From NCBI GenBank assembly GCA_046861655.1, contig JBHIAI010000002.1:41873-105872 (forward strand): DNA of 64,000 bases. Direction: 5' to 3'. Source of the stretch: Fidelibacterota bacterium. GTDB taxonomy: Bacteria; Fidelibacterota; Marinisomatia; Marinisomatales; S15-B10. Position numbers and translations under genes: made by a program. This document shows, in pieces, positions 36,705-46,404 of the stretch (position 1 is its first letter; each line of letters opens with the position of its first letter). The notes beneath the pieces are model-generated. The model saw only the letters and a list, made by a program, of their open reading frames with translations, made no database searches and was not told the origin of the DNA.

Positions 36705-38012
36705 CTAGCGGAGGATGGTCAGGTTGCGTTCGGGTCCCAGGGAGATGATGGTGACCGGGCAGACGATTTCTTGTTCAATAAACCGGATGTAGCGTTTCAT
36801 CGGTGCGGGGAGGATGTCATACCCGTCCCGGCAGTATCCCCTGATGTCTTCCTTTGTCATGTCTTGCCACCCCTCAAGATCGGCGTACACGGGTATGGCT
36901 TTTCTCATCTGCCCCAGGCTCGCAGGCATCTCGGAAACAGTGTGGCCATCGATTCTGTAGGCTGTGCAAATTCTGAGGCTGGAGAATCCGCACAGGACAT
37001 CCATCTTGGTGAGGGCCACCTCGGTGAGGCCGTTGAGACGTACAGCCTGGCGAAGCTGGACCAGGTCAAGACAGCCGATTCGTCTGGGTCTTCCTGTGGT
37101 GGTTCCGAATTCCTGTCCTCTTTCGCGGATAGCTGCAGCTTCACTATCCTCAAGCTCGGTGGGGAAGGGGCTGGTGCCAACGCGGGTTACGTAGGCTTTG
37201 GCCACGCCGATGATCCGGGCGGCATTTCCATAACCCACTCCCGATCCTGCGTGTATCTGTCCGGCGAGAGTGGTGGAACTTGTGGTATGAGGGTACAGCC
37301 CATGGTCTATGTCCAGGGACACCCCCTGGGCCCCTTCCATCAAGAAGGACTTTCCCGACCGGTAGGCCCTGTACAGTTCCAGCTCCGTATCGACAATGTA
37401 CGGCTTCAGTCTGTCTCCATAGTCCAGGCAATCCTTCTGGATTTCCCGGAGGGTGAGGTCGAATTCTCGCTGGAAAACGCTCCGGATGATGCGGGTGTTG
37501 AATGCATAGGATTTTTCCAGTTTTTCACGGAGAATGGCGGGTTCCAGGAGATCCCCCATACGAATTCCATGCCTGTACATTTTGTCGGCGTAGACCGGGG
37601 CAATCCCCCGCAGGGTGCTCCCGGCTGCCAGATCTCCTTGAAAGCCGGTGAGACACTCATCCATAACGATGTGATAGGGCAGAATCACATGGGCCCGTTC
37701 GCTGACCTTCAGTTTGGGCTGGATGCCCCGTTCTTTTAGATGACTCATTTCTTCCAGCAGAACCCTGGGGTTCACCACCACCCCCGTCCCGATCACAGAG
37801 ATGGGTCTGGAATAGAGGACACCGGAAGGGATGAGGTGCAGTTTGTACACCTCCCCGTCTGCGGTGACCGTATGGCCGGCGTTGTTTCCTCCTTGAAACC
37901 GGACCACATAATCCCGGTCGTAGGCGAAGAAATCGGTAATCTTGCCCTTTCCTTCGTCACCCCACTGGGCCCCAACCACCACTGTCAGTTGCGCTTCCTT
38001 TTGGCCGGTCAT
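36705..38012 (-). CDS. purA: Adenylosuccinate synthetase
   Basis: QWGDEGKGK, FQGGNNAGHT, LHLIPSG, EGAQG, YVTRVG, EFGTTTGRPRR, TKMDVL. Confidence 0.97.
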   Translation of the reverse strand: MTGQKEAQLTVVVGAQWGDEGKGKITDFFAYDRDYVVRFQGGNNAGHTVTADGEVYKLHLIPSGVLYSRPISVIGTGVVVNPRVLLEEMSHLKERGIQPKLKVSERAHVILPYHIVMDECLTGFQGDLAAGSTLRGIAPVYADKMYRHGIRMGDLLEPAILREKLEKSYAFNTRIIRSVFQREFDLTLREIQKDCLDYGDRLKPYIVDTELELYRAYRSGKSFLMEGAQGVSLDIDHGLYPHTTSSTTLAGQIHAGSGVGYGNAARIIGVAKAYVTRVGTSPFPTELEDSEAAAIRERGQEFGTTTGRPRRIGCLDLVQLRQAVRLNGLTEVALTKMDVLCGFSSLRICTAYRIDGHTVSEMPASLGQMRKAIPVYADLEGWQDMTKEDIRGYCRDGYDILPAPMKRYIRFIEQEIVCPVTIISLGPERNLTILR

Positions 38013-38343
38013 GCTTGGTCAGTGTACTCCGGGGGTGCTGGAACAGGAAAGCCGGTGACGAGGTCCCAGGTGGCTAGACCGGGATACCGGCATCGCTCCC
38101 GCGATGGAAAGAGGGGCTGTCCGAAAACGGGCAAGGCCCATGACGAAAAACCGTCAGTCGTGGCACGATATGACTTGTGTCTCTGCCGTTCTTGGAGGGT
38201 TTGAAACAATGAAGTTTACACCGAGTTCGGCAAAAGTGAAATGCGAAAAAACAGAGCCTGCGTTCTGAGGATGGAGAAGCGGTTAGCACGGACCCCCGGC
38301 TTGAGTCCGGAGTTTACGACTCAAGAGAGAGGGACGAGAATCT

Positions 38344-39858
38344 TCACTGGGCCCAGGGGGGAAGGGACACAGGATCGATATCAAAGATACCCAGGCCCAC
38401 CGTGAACACGGTGGCTGTGATAATGGCAACGCCGATGAAATTGAGGACAATCCCCGTCTTAACCATCTCGGCCACCCGGAGCCGTTGAGTCCCAAATACG
38501 ATAGCGTTGGGGGGTGTGGCTACGGGCAGCATGAATGCACAGGAGGCGGAAAGGGTAACAGGAAGCATGAGGAGAAGGGGATTCACGTGGATGGCCAAGC
38601 CCAGGGAAGCGATGATGGGTAGGATCACCTGAGCTGTGGCTGTATTTGACGTGAGTTCCGTAAGGAACGTGACCAGGAGGCAGGCCAGGGCAACAATGAA
38701 AAGGGGAGTCAAGACTCCCGCCCATTCCAGCTGATCCCCCAGCCACCGGGAAAGTCCTGTCCTCATGAATCCTTCCGCCAGGGCAAATCCCCCGCCGAAC
38801 AGCAAAACGATGTTCCACGGCAGCCCAACCGCAGTTTTCCAGTTCAGGACGGTAGTCTCCGGCCGATTCTTGCTGGGGATAAGAAAAAGAATGAGGGCCA
38901 TGGCGATGGCCACCGTGCCGTCGTCAACGAACCCGGGTACTGCCAACAGGGACGACCATCCCCGGATAACCGTGCCTCCAACGTTCAGATCACTCCGGGT
39001 TAACCACATGAGGGCCAGAAGAACAAAGTCGGCCAGGACGACTTTCTCCTCATAGGACATGGGCCCCAGCTTCTCACATTCGTCCTTGAACACGTCTGTC
39101 TTGATGGTAAGGGGTGTTTTCCGGAAGAAACGCAAGGTCAGGTATCCCCAGGCGATAGCGATAAGAACGATGGACGGAGGGAGGGCGAAGACAAACCATT
39201 GGGAAAAGGAAATCTGCGGCGCCTGGGGAAAGTGGGTGGCAAACATTTTCACGAAGGCCAGGTTGGGTGGAGTTCCCACCAGGGTAGCGATCCCTCCGAT
39301 GGAGGAGGAATAGGCCACAGCCAGAAGGAGACCCGCGGTAAACCGGGAGACCGTTTTCCTGTCCAGAGTGTCCTCCAGCTTCATAATGACAGCCAGGGCG
39401 ATGGGGATCATCATCATGGTGGTGGCGGTGTTGGAGATCCACATGGAGAGAAACCAGGTGGCGATCATGAAGCCCAGGACGATGAGGGTGGCACTGGATC
39501 CCGTCCGGGTGAGAATGGCCAGGGAGATCCGTTTGTGAAGATTCCACCGTTGCATGGCCAGGGCCACCATGAATCCCCCAACGAAGAGGAAAATGATATG
39601 GTTTACGTAGACGGGAGCCACATCTCTGCCGCTCATGATACCGGCGAGGGGAAACATCACTACGGGCAGCAGAGCGGTCATCCCCAGGGGAATCACCTCG
39701 GTGATCCACCAGACAGCCATCCAGGCCGCCACAGCGGCCATGTAGGTTACCTGCCGGTTTGAGGGATCCAGGTCAACAACAAGGATGAACAGTAGAAAAA
39801 GGAGGGGACCGGCGACCAGAGCGGAAGGGCGGTGTCTGAAGGATCGACGGGCAATCAC
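38344..39858 (-). CDS. SLC13/DASS sodium:dicarboxylate-type symporter
   Basis: WWITEVIP, SMWISNTAT, IGG.ATLVGTPPN, TELTSNTAT, AFMLPVATPPNAIVF. Confidence 0.92.
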   Translation of the reverse strand: MIARRSFRHRPSALVAGPLLFLLFILVVDLDPSNRQVTYMAAVAAWMAVWWITEVIPLGMTALLPVVMFPLAGIMSGRDVAPVYVNHIIFLFVGGFMVALAMQRWNLHKRISLAILTRTGSSATLIVLGFMIATWFLSMWISNTATTMMMIPIALAVIMKLEDTLDRKTVSRFTAGLLLAVAYSSSIGGIATLVGTPPNLAFVKMFATHFPQAPQISFSQWFVFALPPSIVLIAIAWGYLTLRFFRKTPLTIKTDVFKDECEKLGPMSYEEKVVLADFVLLALMWLTRSDLNVGGTVIRGWSSLLAVPGFVDDGTVAIAMALILFLIPSKNRPETTVLNWKTAVGLPWNIVLLFGGGFALAEGFMRTGLSRWLGDQLEWAGVLTPLFIVALACLLVTFLTELTSNTATAQVILPIIASLGLAIHVNPLLLMLPVTLSASCAFMLPVATPPNAIVFGTQRLRVAEMVKTGIVLNFIGVAIITATVFTVGLGIFDIDPVSLPPWAQ

Positions 39859-41117
39859 TATCGGGCATTGAGCATTATCCTGACAGAGTCGAGACTCCCG
39901 TCGTTGTCTGCCGGGTCAAGGTTGAGAATGTGGCACATGAGCTCGTACAGATGGATGTTCTGAAAGGAGTCTACCACCAGGCCATCCTGGAAAGCGGGTC
40001 CGCTGGCAATGAACGTGGCATGCATGGATCTCAACCGGTTGTCATAACCATGGGTCCCTCCCTCATAGGGATCGGGATGGGACTCTGGGTAAGCGCGGTA
40101 CGAAATAGACCACCCTTCGTCCGCCACGCAGACAAGAGGCGTGATCCTCCGGTGATTCCGGTAATGAAATCGTTCCGGGATTTCCTCCTTCCGGTATACG
40201 GCCATACTGGGATGGGCCTCATTGAGCCGGGCGTAGACGGCCTCCTCCATACCTGGGTTGGGACGGATCATGGCTACGGGGGACCAGTCCACCACCAGGA
40301 CATCTTCGAGATTGATATAATCATCCAGGAAGATGACCCGGTCTGGACTCGTGGCGGTCATACCGTGATCTGATGTCACTATCATGTTCATATCATCCAG
40401 GGAATCCCTTGCCCTCAGGGTGTCCAGCAACATCCCGATGGCGGCATCCAGCTCATGGATGACCGAGTCCATACGGGGATCCTCAGGACCCACTCGGTGT
40501 CCCCAGGAGTCCGCATCGCTGAAGTACAGGGTGATGAAATCGGGACGTTCGTCGTTGGGGAGGTCAAGCCAGCGGATGACCTGTTGAATCCTCTGGGCGT
40601 TGGGAACGGATCCGTCGTAGGCATACCAGTAGGTGGGCCGGATCCCGGAGATTTCCGCTTCCGACGCGGGCCAGAAAAAAGTGGCCGCTGTCTCCCCTTG
40701 CCTCTCGGCTGTCACCCAGATGGGTTCCCCCTCATACCACCGGCTTTCCTTCACCGATTCGCTTCCCTGTCCGATCCTGTACCAGGCATCGAAAACCTCA
40801 TCGTACATCGTATTGGACACAATGCCGTGGTTTTCGGGGTAAAGGCCGGTCACGATGGTGATGTGGTTAGGGAATGTCTTGGAAGGAAACACGGGGATCA
40901 TCGACTCCGCTTTCACGCCGTGGTCCACCAGATAATCCATGTTTGGGGTTTCCGTCCTGTCCATGTAGTCCCACCGGAAGCCGTCCATGGATATCAAAAC
41001 CAGGGGGGATACAGGAGGGACCGTTTCCAGCGTCCCACAGGACCCGAGAGTCAATCCACCGATGAGAATAAAAGTGAAGAAACAGGGAAAACGGAAGGGG
41101 TGTTTCGGAATCATCAT
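39858..41117 (-). CDS. Ectonucleotide pyrophosphatase/phosphodiesterase family lipoprotein
   Basis: LISMDGFRWDY, PSKTFPNH..IVTGLYPENHGI, TSDHGM, GTHGYDN; LGSC lipobox. Start approximate. Confidence 0.9.
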   Translation of the reverse strand: MMIPKHPFRFPCFFTFILIGGLTLGSCGTLETVPPVSPLVLISMDGFRWDYMDRTETPNMDYLVDHGVKAESMIPVFPSKTFPNHITIVTGLYPENHGIVSNTMYDEVFDAWYRIGQGSESVKESRWYEGEPIWVTAERQGETAATFFWPASEAEISGIRPTYWYAYDGSVPNAQRIQQVIRWLDLPNDERPDFITLYFSDADSWGHRVGPEDPRMDSVIHELDAAIGMLLDTLRARDSLDDMNMIVTSDHGMTATSPDRVIFLDDYINLEDVLVVDWSPVAMIRPNPGMEEAVYARLNEAHPSMAVYRKEEIPERFHYRNHRRITPLVCVADEGWSISYRAYPESHPDPYEGGTHGYDNRLRSMHATFIASGPAFQDGLVVDSFQNIHLYELMCHILNLDPADNDGSLDSVRIMLNAR

Positions 41118-41386
41118 ATCTTCTACAGACCACAATCTGGAGTCTTCGTCATGAAACGAAGGATCATCCCGGGTCCCAGAAGGAACCCACTGTGTGCATC
41201 CTTCGCCATGACCAGGCCAATCATGGATGGCTCCGCAGGTACTAGATGTCCGGGGAAGATTTCATGAAGAATAGAGCTCTCGAGTGGAGATGTTTTCTGT
41301 AGATACTGAACTCCTGGCGGAGTAGTCTCATGGGCGAAAGGCAATCTACAGCGCCCCCCGCCAGGGAATCAAGCAATAAGGATCGA

Positions 41387-42388
41387 CTACGGAGTGTAGA
41401 CTTCCCCGTCGGGGTAATGAACCGGGAAACGGTCCATCAGGATAGGGTTGTACGTCAGAGCCGGAAGCTCTCTGCCCAGGTAGGGACCTCCGACGGCTCT
41501 TCCAGTGAGGATATCCCATTGGGATCCGGTCTGGATATCCGAGATCAAAAACCCCTGTTTGGGATCGAATTCAGCGGTAAAGACCAGGGACTCTCCTTCG
41601 ATGGTCCGTCCCCAGGCTGTGGCAGTGCGCTGGGCTTTGTGAAAGGCTACCACAATGGGTTCGCCCCCGAACGTATCGTTGATGATGGGCGTCCTTTCCA
41701 GGGTATCAAAGGGATAAAGTTTGGCCTGATTGAGGCGGGATACCACCAGTCCGATCTGTTCCGCCCGGTAAAAACCCCGGTAGGTTCCCATGAAGCCCGT
41801 CCGGCCCAGACCCGGAAGGACGGTGGTCTGCGGATAGGTTTTCCTCCATTCCCTCCAGCTGGTGACGGTGGAAGGAATGAAGGTCAATTTGGTGCCCTTA
41901 TGGGGGCCGGTCTTTGCTTCCCCGGTCACATGGACCCATTGGGACTGGGTTTGGTGGTCGTAGAATACGAAGGAGCGGTGGTACAGTCTTCCCGAATGCC
42001 CGAACGTCAGTTCTGTGTTCCCCACTCGGCGGTCATACACGATGGCCGTCTGGCAAAGGGGTCACCAGCTGACGGCAATGGGAATCCCGCCCAACGTGTC
42101 ATTCCCGAGTTCATGAATCCCCATGGTACGTATGGGATAGGCCTTGGCCTCTCCACCGATGACCACTCCGATGACCGGGTCCCGGTCGTGAACGTAGCCC
42201 TTTTTCTCCGCCATGTCCGCCGCGACGAATTCAGGATGATCGAACACGGGAAAGGCGTCCCGGGGAACCACCTGGATTCCGATCTGTTCGGCTTCGTCCG
42301 GTGCCTTCCTTTTCAGCCGGTCCAGTAATCCCTGGGTCCAGCTTAAGGATGCAGAAGAGACTACGATGACAAGAATCAGGGTTTTCAT
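41387..42388 (-). CDS. DUF3179-family (seleno)protein read through an in-frame UGA (UPLC motif)
   Basis: ORFs 42062-42439 and 41387-42040 are in one frame joined by ...AVSW-TGA-PLCQTAIVYDR. Family motifs AKAYP, FGHSGRLY, YDHQTQSQW..TGEA, T.W.EW...YP.T. Confidence 0.8.
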
Positions 42389-42473
42389 GGGTATGAATCT
42401 TAAAGAAAACCGGGGAGGTTGTTCCAGGGAATTCGGCACACCTGTCGTAGAGGCTACACTTTTTGTCTGGGGC

Positions 42474-43730
42474 TCATTGCTGGCGGTAGATATGGACGGC
42501 GTAGGGACCGAAGGAGTCCAGGAAGGTCCCCTCTTCCACCCATACCTCCCGGTCTTCCCCCAGGACCTCGAAGGATCCGGCCCTGGTCTCGGAGAGAGTG
42601 AAGGTTACCTGGATAGGAGTCTCCCCCCTCTCCCTCACCGCCAGAATCACCGTCTTGCCCTCGAGTTTCCGGGTCAGGACGCGTACCTCCTGGGAGGAGC
42701 CATCCACCTGCTCGGAAGATTCCCCGGGGGCAAGGGCGTGGGCAAGGCTTTTTACCGTCTGGGCCGTGGAACGGATGTAGCGATCCCAGGTAGGGTCGTC
42801 AAAAGGGATGGTTCCCCCAAGCCTGGAGCCGGGGAAGTAGAAGATGCCTGAGGCCCCATGAGCCAGAGCCTGAAACGTCATGAACCGGGTCTCCAGGCTG
42901 TCAGGTCTTCGGGAATCTGCCAGGGGCTCTTTTTCTCCCAGGTCTCCCCGCTGGTAACCCTGCTGGATCATCCACACGGGCGTATCCGGGGTACCCCAGG
43001 ACCGCCCCACATCCACATACCATCCAAAGTCTTCCAGGTCACTTCTGGTAATGAACCCCGGCCAGGGAAGTCCCATCCCCACGGGGTAGAAATCGAAACT
43101 GACAATGTCTGCGATCCGGGCATAGTCCGTCATGTCAGGCCAGTCCGGCGTGTCCCAGAGGTCGTCCAGCGGTGCGAAATTGATCCAGATCAGGGGACGG
43201 CTGGGATGTTGACGGATGGCGGTGGCTATCCGACCCATCAGGGAAAGGCCGATACCATGCCATACCGGTTCGTCAACCATCCAGCCCAGGAAGTGGGGCG
43301 AATCGTCCACGGCGTCTGTGGTGGCGGCAAACAGATCCTCCAAATCCGTGTCGGTTTTCTCTGCCAGGGCGGTATCCGTGGGTGCGCCGACGAAATAGTA
43401 GATGCCCAATCGGTCGCACTCCCGCCTGAGCTCGTGGATATCGGGTTGATTGGTGACAGTGCGGCCGGGCCGCACGTACTCGTAGTAGGCCACCAGGGCA
43501 TCCAGACCGTATTCACGGACGTCTTCAAAGGGATTACGTCCGGTGGGGAAGGAAATATCCGGCCAGAAGTAGATTCCCGTGGGGATCAGGGGTTTTTCGT
43601 CAACAAAAAGCACCCCGTTTTCGGTGTGAACATTCTTGGGATGCCCCCGGTCCTCCGGGACCTGACAGCCTGCAGCCAGAAGAGCGGCCAGGACGATCTG
43701 GATGGCCTGGGAGCGACTCTTAACCGTCAC
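42474..43730 (-). CDS. Lipoprotein with glycoside-hydrolase-like TIM barrel
   Basis: LAAGC lipobox; LFVDEKPLIPTGIY, FLGWMVDEP, DIVSFDFYP, PVWMIQQ, ALAHGASGIFYF. Confidence 0.6.
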   Translation of the reverse strand: MTVKSRSQAIQIVLAALLAAGCQVPEDRGHPKNVHTENGVLFVDEKPLIPTGIYFWPDISFPTGRNPFEDVREYGLDALVAYYEYVRPGRTVTNQPDIHELRRECDRLGIYYFVGAPTDTALAEKTDTDLEDLFAATTDAVDDSPHFLGWMVDEPVWHGIGLSLMGRIATAIRQHPSRPLIWINFAPLDDLWDTPDWPDMTDYARIADIVSFDFYPVGMGLPWPGFITRSDLEDFGWYVDVGRSWGTPDTPVWMIQQGYQRGDLGEKEPLADSRRPDSLETRFMTFQALAHGASGIFYFPGSRLGGTIPFDDPTWDRYIRSTAQTVKSLAHALAPGESSEQVDGSSQEVRVLTRKLEGKTVILAVRERGETPIQVTFTLSETRAGSFEVLGEDREVWVEEGTFLDSFGPYAVHIYRQQ

Positions 43731-44217
43731 GGCCTGGGGAAGCGGGGGCCCTTCCGGTCATGGCCAGAACGATGGAAGTGTTTTCTTTGAAACAGGTGTG
43801 CTGGCGCCGGATTGTGAAGACGAAGTGGATCATGGCCCCCATGTAGACCCCTCCGTGGACCCAGGGGGGAATGCTTCCCGTATCTGCGGCACCACCCAGG
43901 ATAAAGACGGTCATCACAAGCAGCATATTGAGCAGGGTGGCGGGATACACCCTTCGTTTGATGGCCAGAGCTCTCTGGTGATATTCGGGCTTGGCCCTAC
44001 CCTCGTGAACGTAATCTTTGATACTGCCCCCGGTGGCCACGAAGAAAAATATGACCAAAACCTCTGTGAGCAAATAGACGATGACCGTGATGAAGCTGAA
44101 GGCGAAATGGTCGATACCCAGGGGGTCAAGGCCAGCGTATCCCTGAATTCCTGCCACGAACAGAGCCAGGAAGGAACCCCCCGTCAGAACATATATGATG
44201 ATCATGAAGACGTACAT
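43720..44217 (-). CDS. Hypothetical 4-TM membrane protein
   Basis: Four hydrophobic segments; tightly coupled to ychF and the downstream gene. Confidence 0.6.
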   Translation of the reverse strand: MYVFMIIIYVLTGGSFLALFVAGIQGYAGLDPLGIDHFAFSFITVIVYLLTEVLVIFFFVATGGSIKDYVHEGRAKPEYHQRALAIKRRVYPATLLNMLLVMTVFILGGAADTGSIPPWVHGGVYMGAMIHFVFTIRRQHTCFKENTSIVLAMTGRAPASPGRDG

Positions 44218-44226
44218 ATCCCGCGT

Positions 44227-45333
44227 TCACGGTGTACGGAAATGGAACGTCACCACATCGCCGTCTTGGATGATGGTCTCCTTTCCGTGCGAATGGATCA
44301 GTCCCCGGTCCCGGAGGTCGGAAACGGAACCGTGGGTGAAAAGGTCTTCTGACGTATAGACCTCTGCCTTGATAAACCCCCTTTCGAAGTCGGAGTGGAT
44401 CACGCCCGCAGCCTGGGCAGCCGGGGTCCCGCGTTTCACGGTCCAGGCTTGGACATGATCGGATTCGGTGGTGAAAAAAGTGATCAGATTCAGTAGGTCA
44501 TAGGTTTTCTGGACCAGACGTTCCAATCCGCTGGTTTCCAGTCCCCATTCGTCCATGAAGAATTTCCGCTCTTCATCTGTATCCAGGAAGGTCAGTTCCT
44601 GTTCCAGGGTGGCGCTCAAGATGAGAACGCGTTCGTCTCTTTCTTCCGCCCACTCCACAAGAGTGAGGGTCTCGGGTTTGAGGCGGTGAGAGGTGGCGTC
44701 CTCTTCATTCTCATTGCCCACATAAAGTACGGGCTTGGCGGAGATGAGAAAGAGGTTTTCCATAAGGGACGCCTCGTTCTCGTGAACTGGGGCGTTTCTT
44801 GCGGGAACACCGTCGTTGAGATTCTCTACCAACCGGTCGAGAAGTTGTTTCTCCCGGACCGCCTCTTTGTCACTCATGCTGATCTTCTTGGAGATTCTTT
44901 CCAGACGACGGGTGACGGTCTCCAGGTCTTTCAGAATGATTTCCGTTTCCACAATGCCGATATCCCTAACAGGGTCCAGGCGAGGTGAGATATGACTGAC
45001 CTGTTCGTTGGTGAAGCATCGAACCACGTGAATCACAGCATCCACCTGCCGGATCTGGGCCAGGAATTGATTGCCCAGCCCCTCTCCCCGGTGAGAGCCC
45101 TCAATGAGACCTGCGATATCCACTACCCGTAAGGAGGCCGGAATCACCTTTTTGGGTTTGAGAATCCTGGACATTTCCGTGAGCCGTGCGTCAGGGACGG
45201 GGACCACTCCCACGTTGGGCTCCACGGTGGTGAACGGGTAGGCTCCTATGGGGATCTGCATGTGGGTCAGAGCGGAAAAAAGGGTGGATTTGCCCACGTT
45301 GGGCAGGCCGACAACACCGCTCTGTAGGGGCAT
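44227..45333 (-). CDS. ychF: Redox-regulated ATPase YchF
   Basis: GLPNVGKSTLF, YPFTTVEPN, DIAGL, GEGLGNQFL, AGVIHSDFERGFIKAE, QDGDVV.F.F. Confidence 0.95.
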   Translation of the reverse strand: MPLQSGVVGLPNVGKSTLFSALTHMQIPIGAYPFTTVEPNVGVVPVPDARLTEMSRILKPKKVIPASLRVVDIAGLIEGSHRGEGLGNQFLAQIRQVDAVIHVVRCFTNEQVSHISPRLDPVRDIGIVETEIILKDLETVTRRLERISKKISMSDKEAVREKQLLDRLVENLNDGVPARNAPVHENEASLMENLFLISAKPVLYVGNENEEDATSHRLKPETLTLVEWAEERDERVLILSATLEQELTFLDTDEERKFFMDEWGLETSGLERLVQKTYDLLNLITFFTTESDHVQAWTVKRGTPAAQAAGVIHSDFERGFIKAEVYTSEDLFTHGSVSDLRDRGLIHSHGKETIIQDGDVVTFHFRTP

Positions 45334-45487
45334 GGCAAGAAGAAATTAGCCCTTTCGCAGGGTGTTTCCATACGGGTTTTCTTCACCCCGAGCAATTCCT
45401 GAGACTCAAGGGTTTTTGACGGTCGGTTAACTCTTTGAGTCTGGTCGATTTTGAAATAAATTGTTCGGAAAAGAAAGGAGTAGGGGC

Positions 45488-46273
45488 ATGAATGAATGGG
45501 TGTTGATCCTGGGGTGCTCCACGGGGCATGGGGGTGCCACCTCGAAGAAACTGGCAGAAAAAGGGTACGGAGTGATCGGTTTTCACTTGGACAGGGGAGA
45601 GATCAAGCGGCAGGCCGAGGAATTTTCGGAAGAACTGAGTGGTCTGAATGACGGCCGGACTCACTTTTTCAACATCAACGCCGCCTCAGTGGAGGTGATG
45701 GATGAGTACATCCCGAAGATTAAGAAAATCACGGGGGGACAGGCATTGAAGCTTCTCCTTCATTCCATTGCCTTCGGGACCACCACCAATTTCTTTGGAG
45801 AAAAACGGGTGACCCAGAGACAGATGGACATGACCGTCCATGTCATGGGTACCTCTTTGCTTTACTGGGTTCAGAAGTTGATGGATGCCGGGCTTCTGGT
45901 CCGAGGATCCCGCATCCTGGGCCTCACATCCGAAGGGAATGCCCTGGCCATGGATGGATACGGGCCGGTGAGTGTGGCGAAGGTGGCTTTGGAGAGCGTA
46001 ACCCGACAGATCGGATGGGAGTTGGGCAAGGAAGGCATAACCGCCAATTGCATTCAGGCCGGGGTGACACCCACCCGGGCTCTGACCAAAATCAGCGATC
46101 AATGGGAAGAATGGGTGGAGAAGACAAAAATCAGGAATCCCATGGGACGTACCACTCAACCCGAGGACGTGGCCAATGTGGTATACCTCATGCTTCAACC
46201 TGAGGCCGATTTTATCAATTGCTCCATCGTTCACACAGACGGGGGTGAACACCGTTCGGGTCTGATTCTTTAG
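45488..46273 (+). CDS. SDR, enoyl-ACP reductase (FabL/FabI-like)
   Basis: ILGCSTGHG, LLHSIAFG, LTSEG, YGPVSVAK.ALE, N.IQAGVT.T.AL, RNPMGR.T.PEDVAN. Confidence 0.75.
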   Translation: MNEWVLILGCSTGHGGATSKKLAEKGYGVIGFHLDRGEIKRQAEEFSEELSGLNDGRTHFFNINAASVEVMDEYIPKIKKITGGQALKLLLHSIAFGTTTNFFGEKRVTQRQMDMTVHVMGTSLLYWVQKLMDAGLLVRGSRILGLTSEGNALAMDGYGPVSVAKVALESVTRQIGWELGKEGITANCIQAGVTPTRALTKISDQWEEWVEKTKIRNPMGRTTQPEDVANVVYLMLQPEADFINCSIVHTDGGEHRSGLIL

Positions 46274-46315
46274 AATCCCGCCCCTCCCTCTTTTCTCGTT
46301 TTCCATTCAGGCGAA

Positions 46316-46333
46316 CTGTCAATTGTGTGACAG
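46316..46333. promoter_or_regulatory. Palindromic operator candidate CTGTCA-N6-TGACAG
   Basis: Perfect 6-bp arms with Crp/Fnr-like spacing, about 70 bp upstream of 46405. Confidence 0.45.
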
Positions 46334-46404
46334 ATTAAGGGGTTGCCATCCTCTTAGCTTCTGTCTGCTGCTCAGACTGCTAATGTAAGCTTAAGGAGGA
46401 TTCT

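Noticed and set aside
38030..38180. Canonical ZTP or purine riboswitch
   Set aside because: Only scattered consensus fragments; the P1 stem and GUGG/CCAC hairpin were not found. Kept only as a low-confidence structured-leader finding.
41387..42439. DUF3179 pseudogene or two separate genes
   Set aside because: The only interruption is an in-frame TGA exactly at the first Cys of CPLC, which is better explained by selenocysteine.
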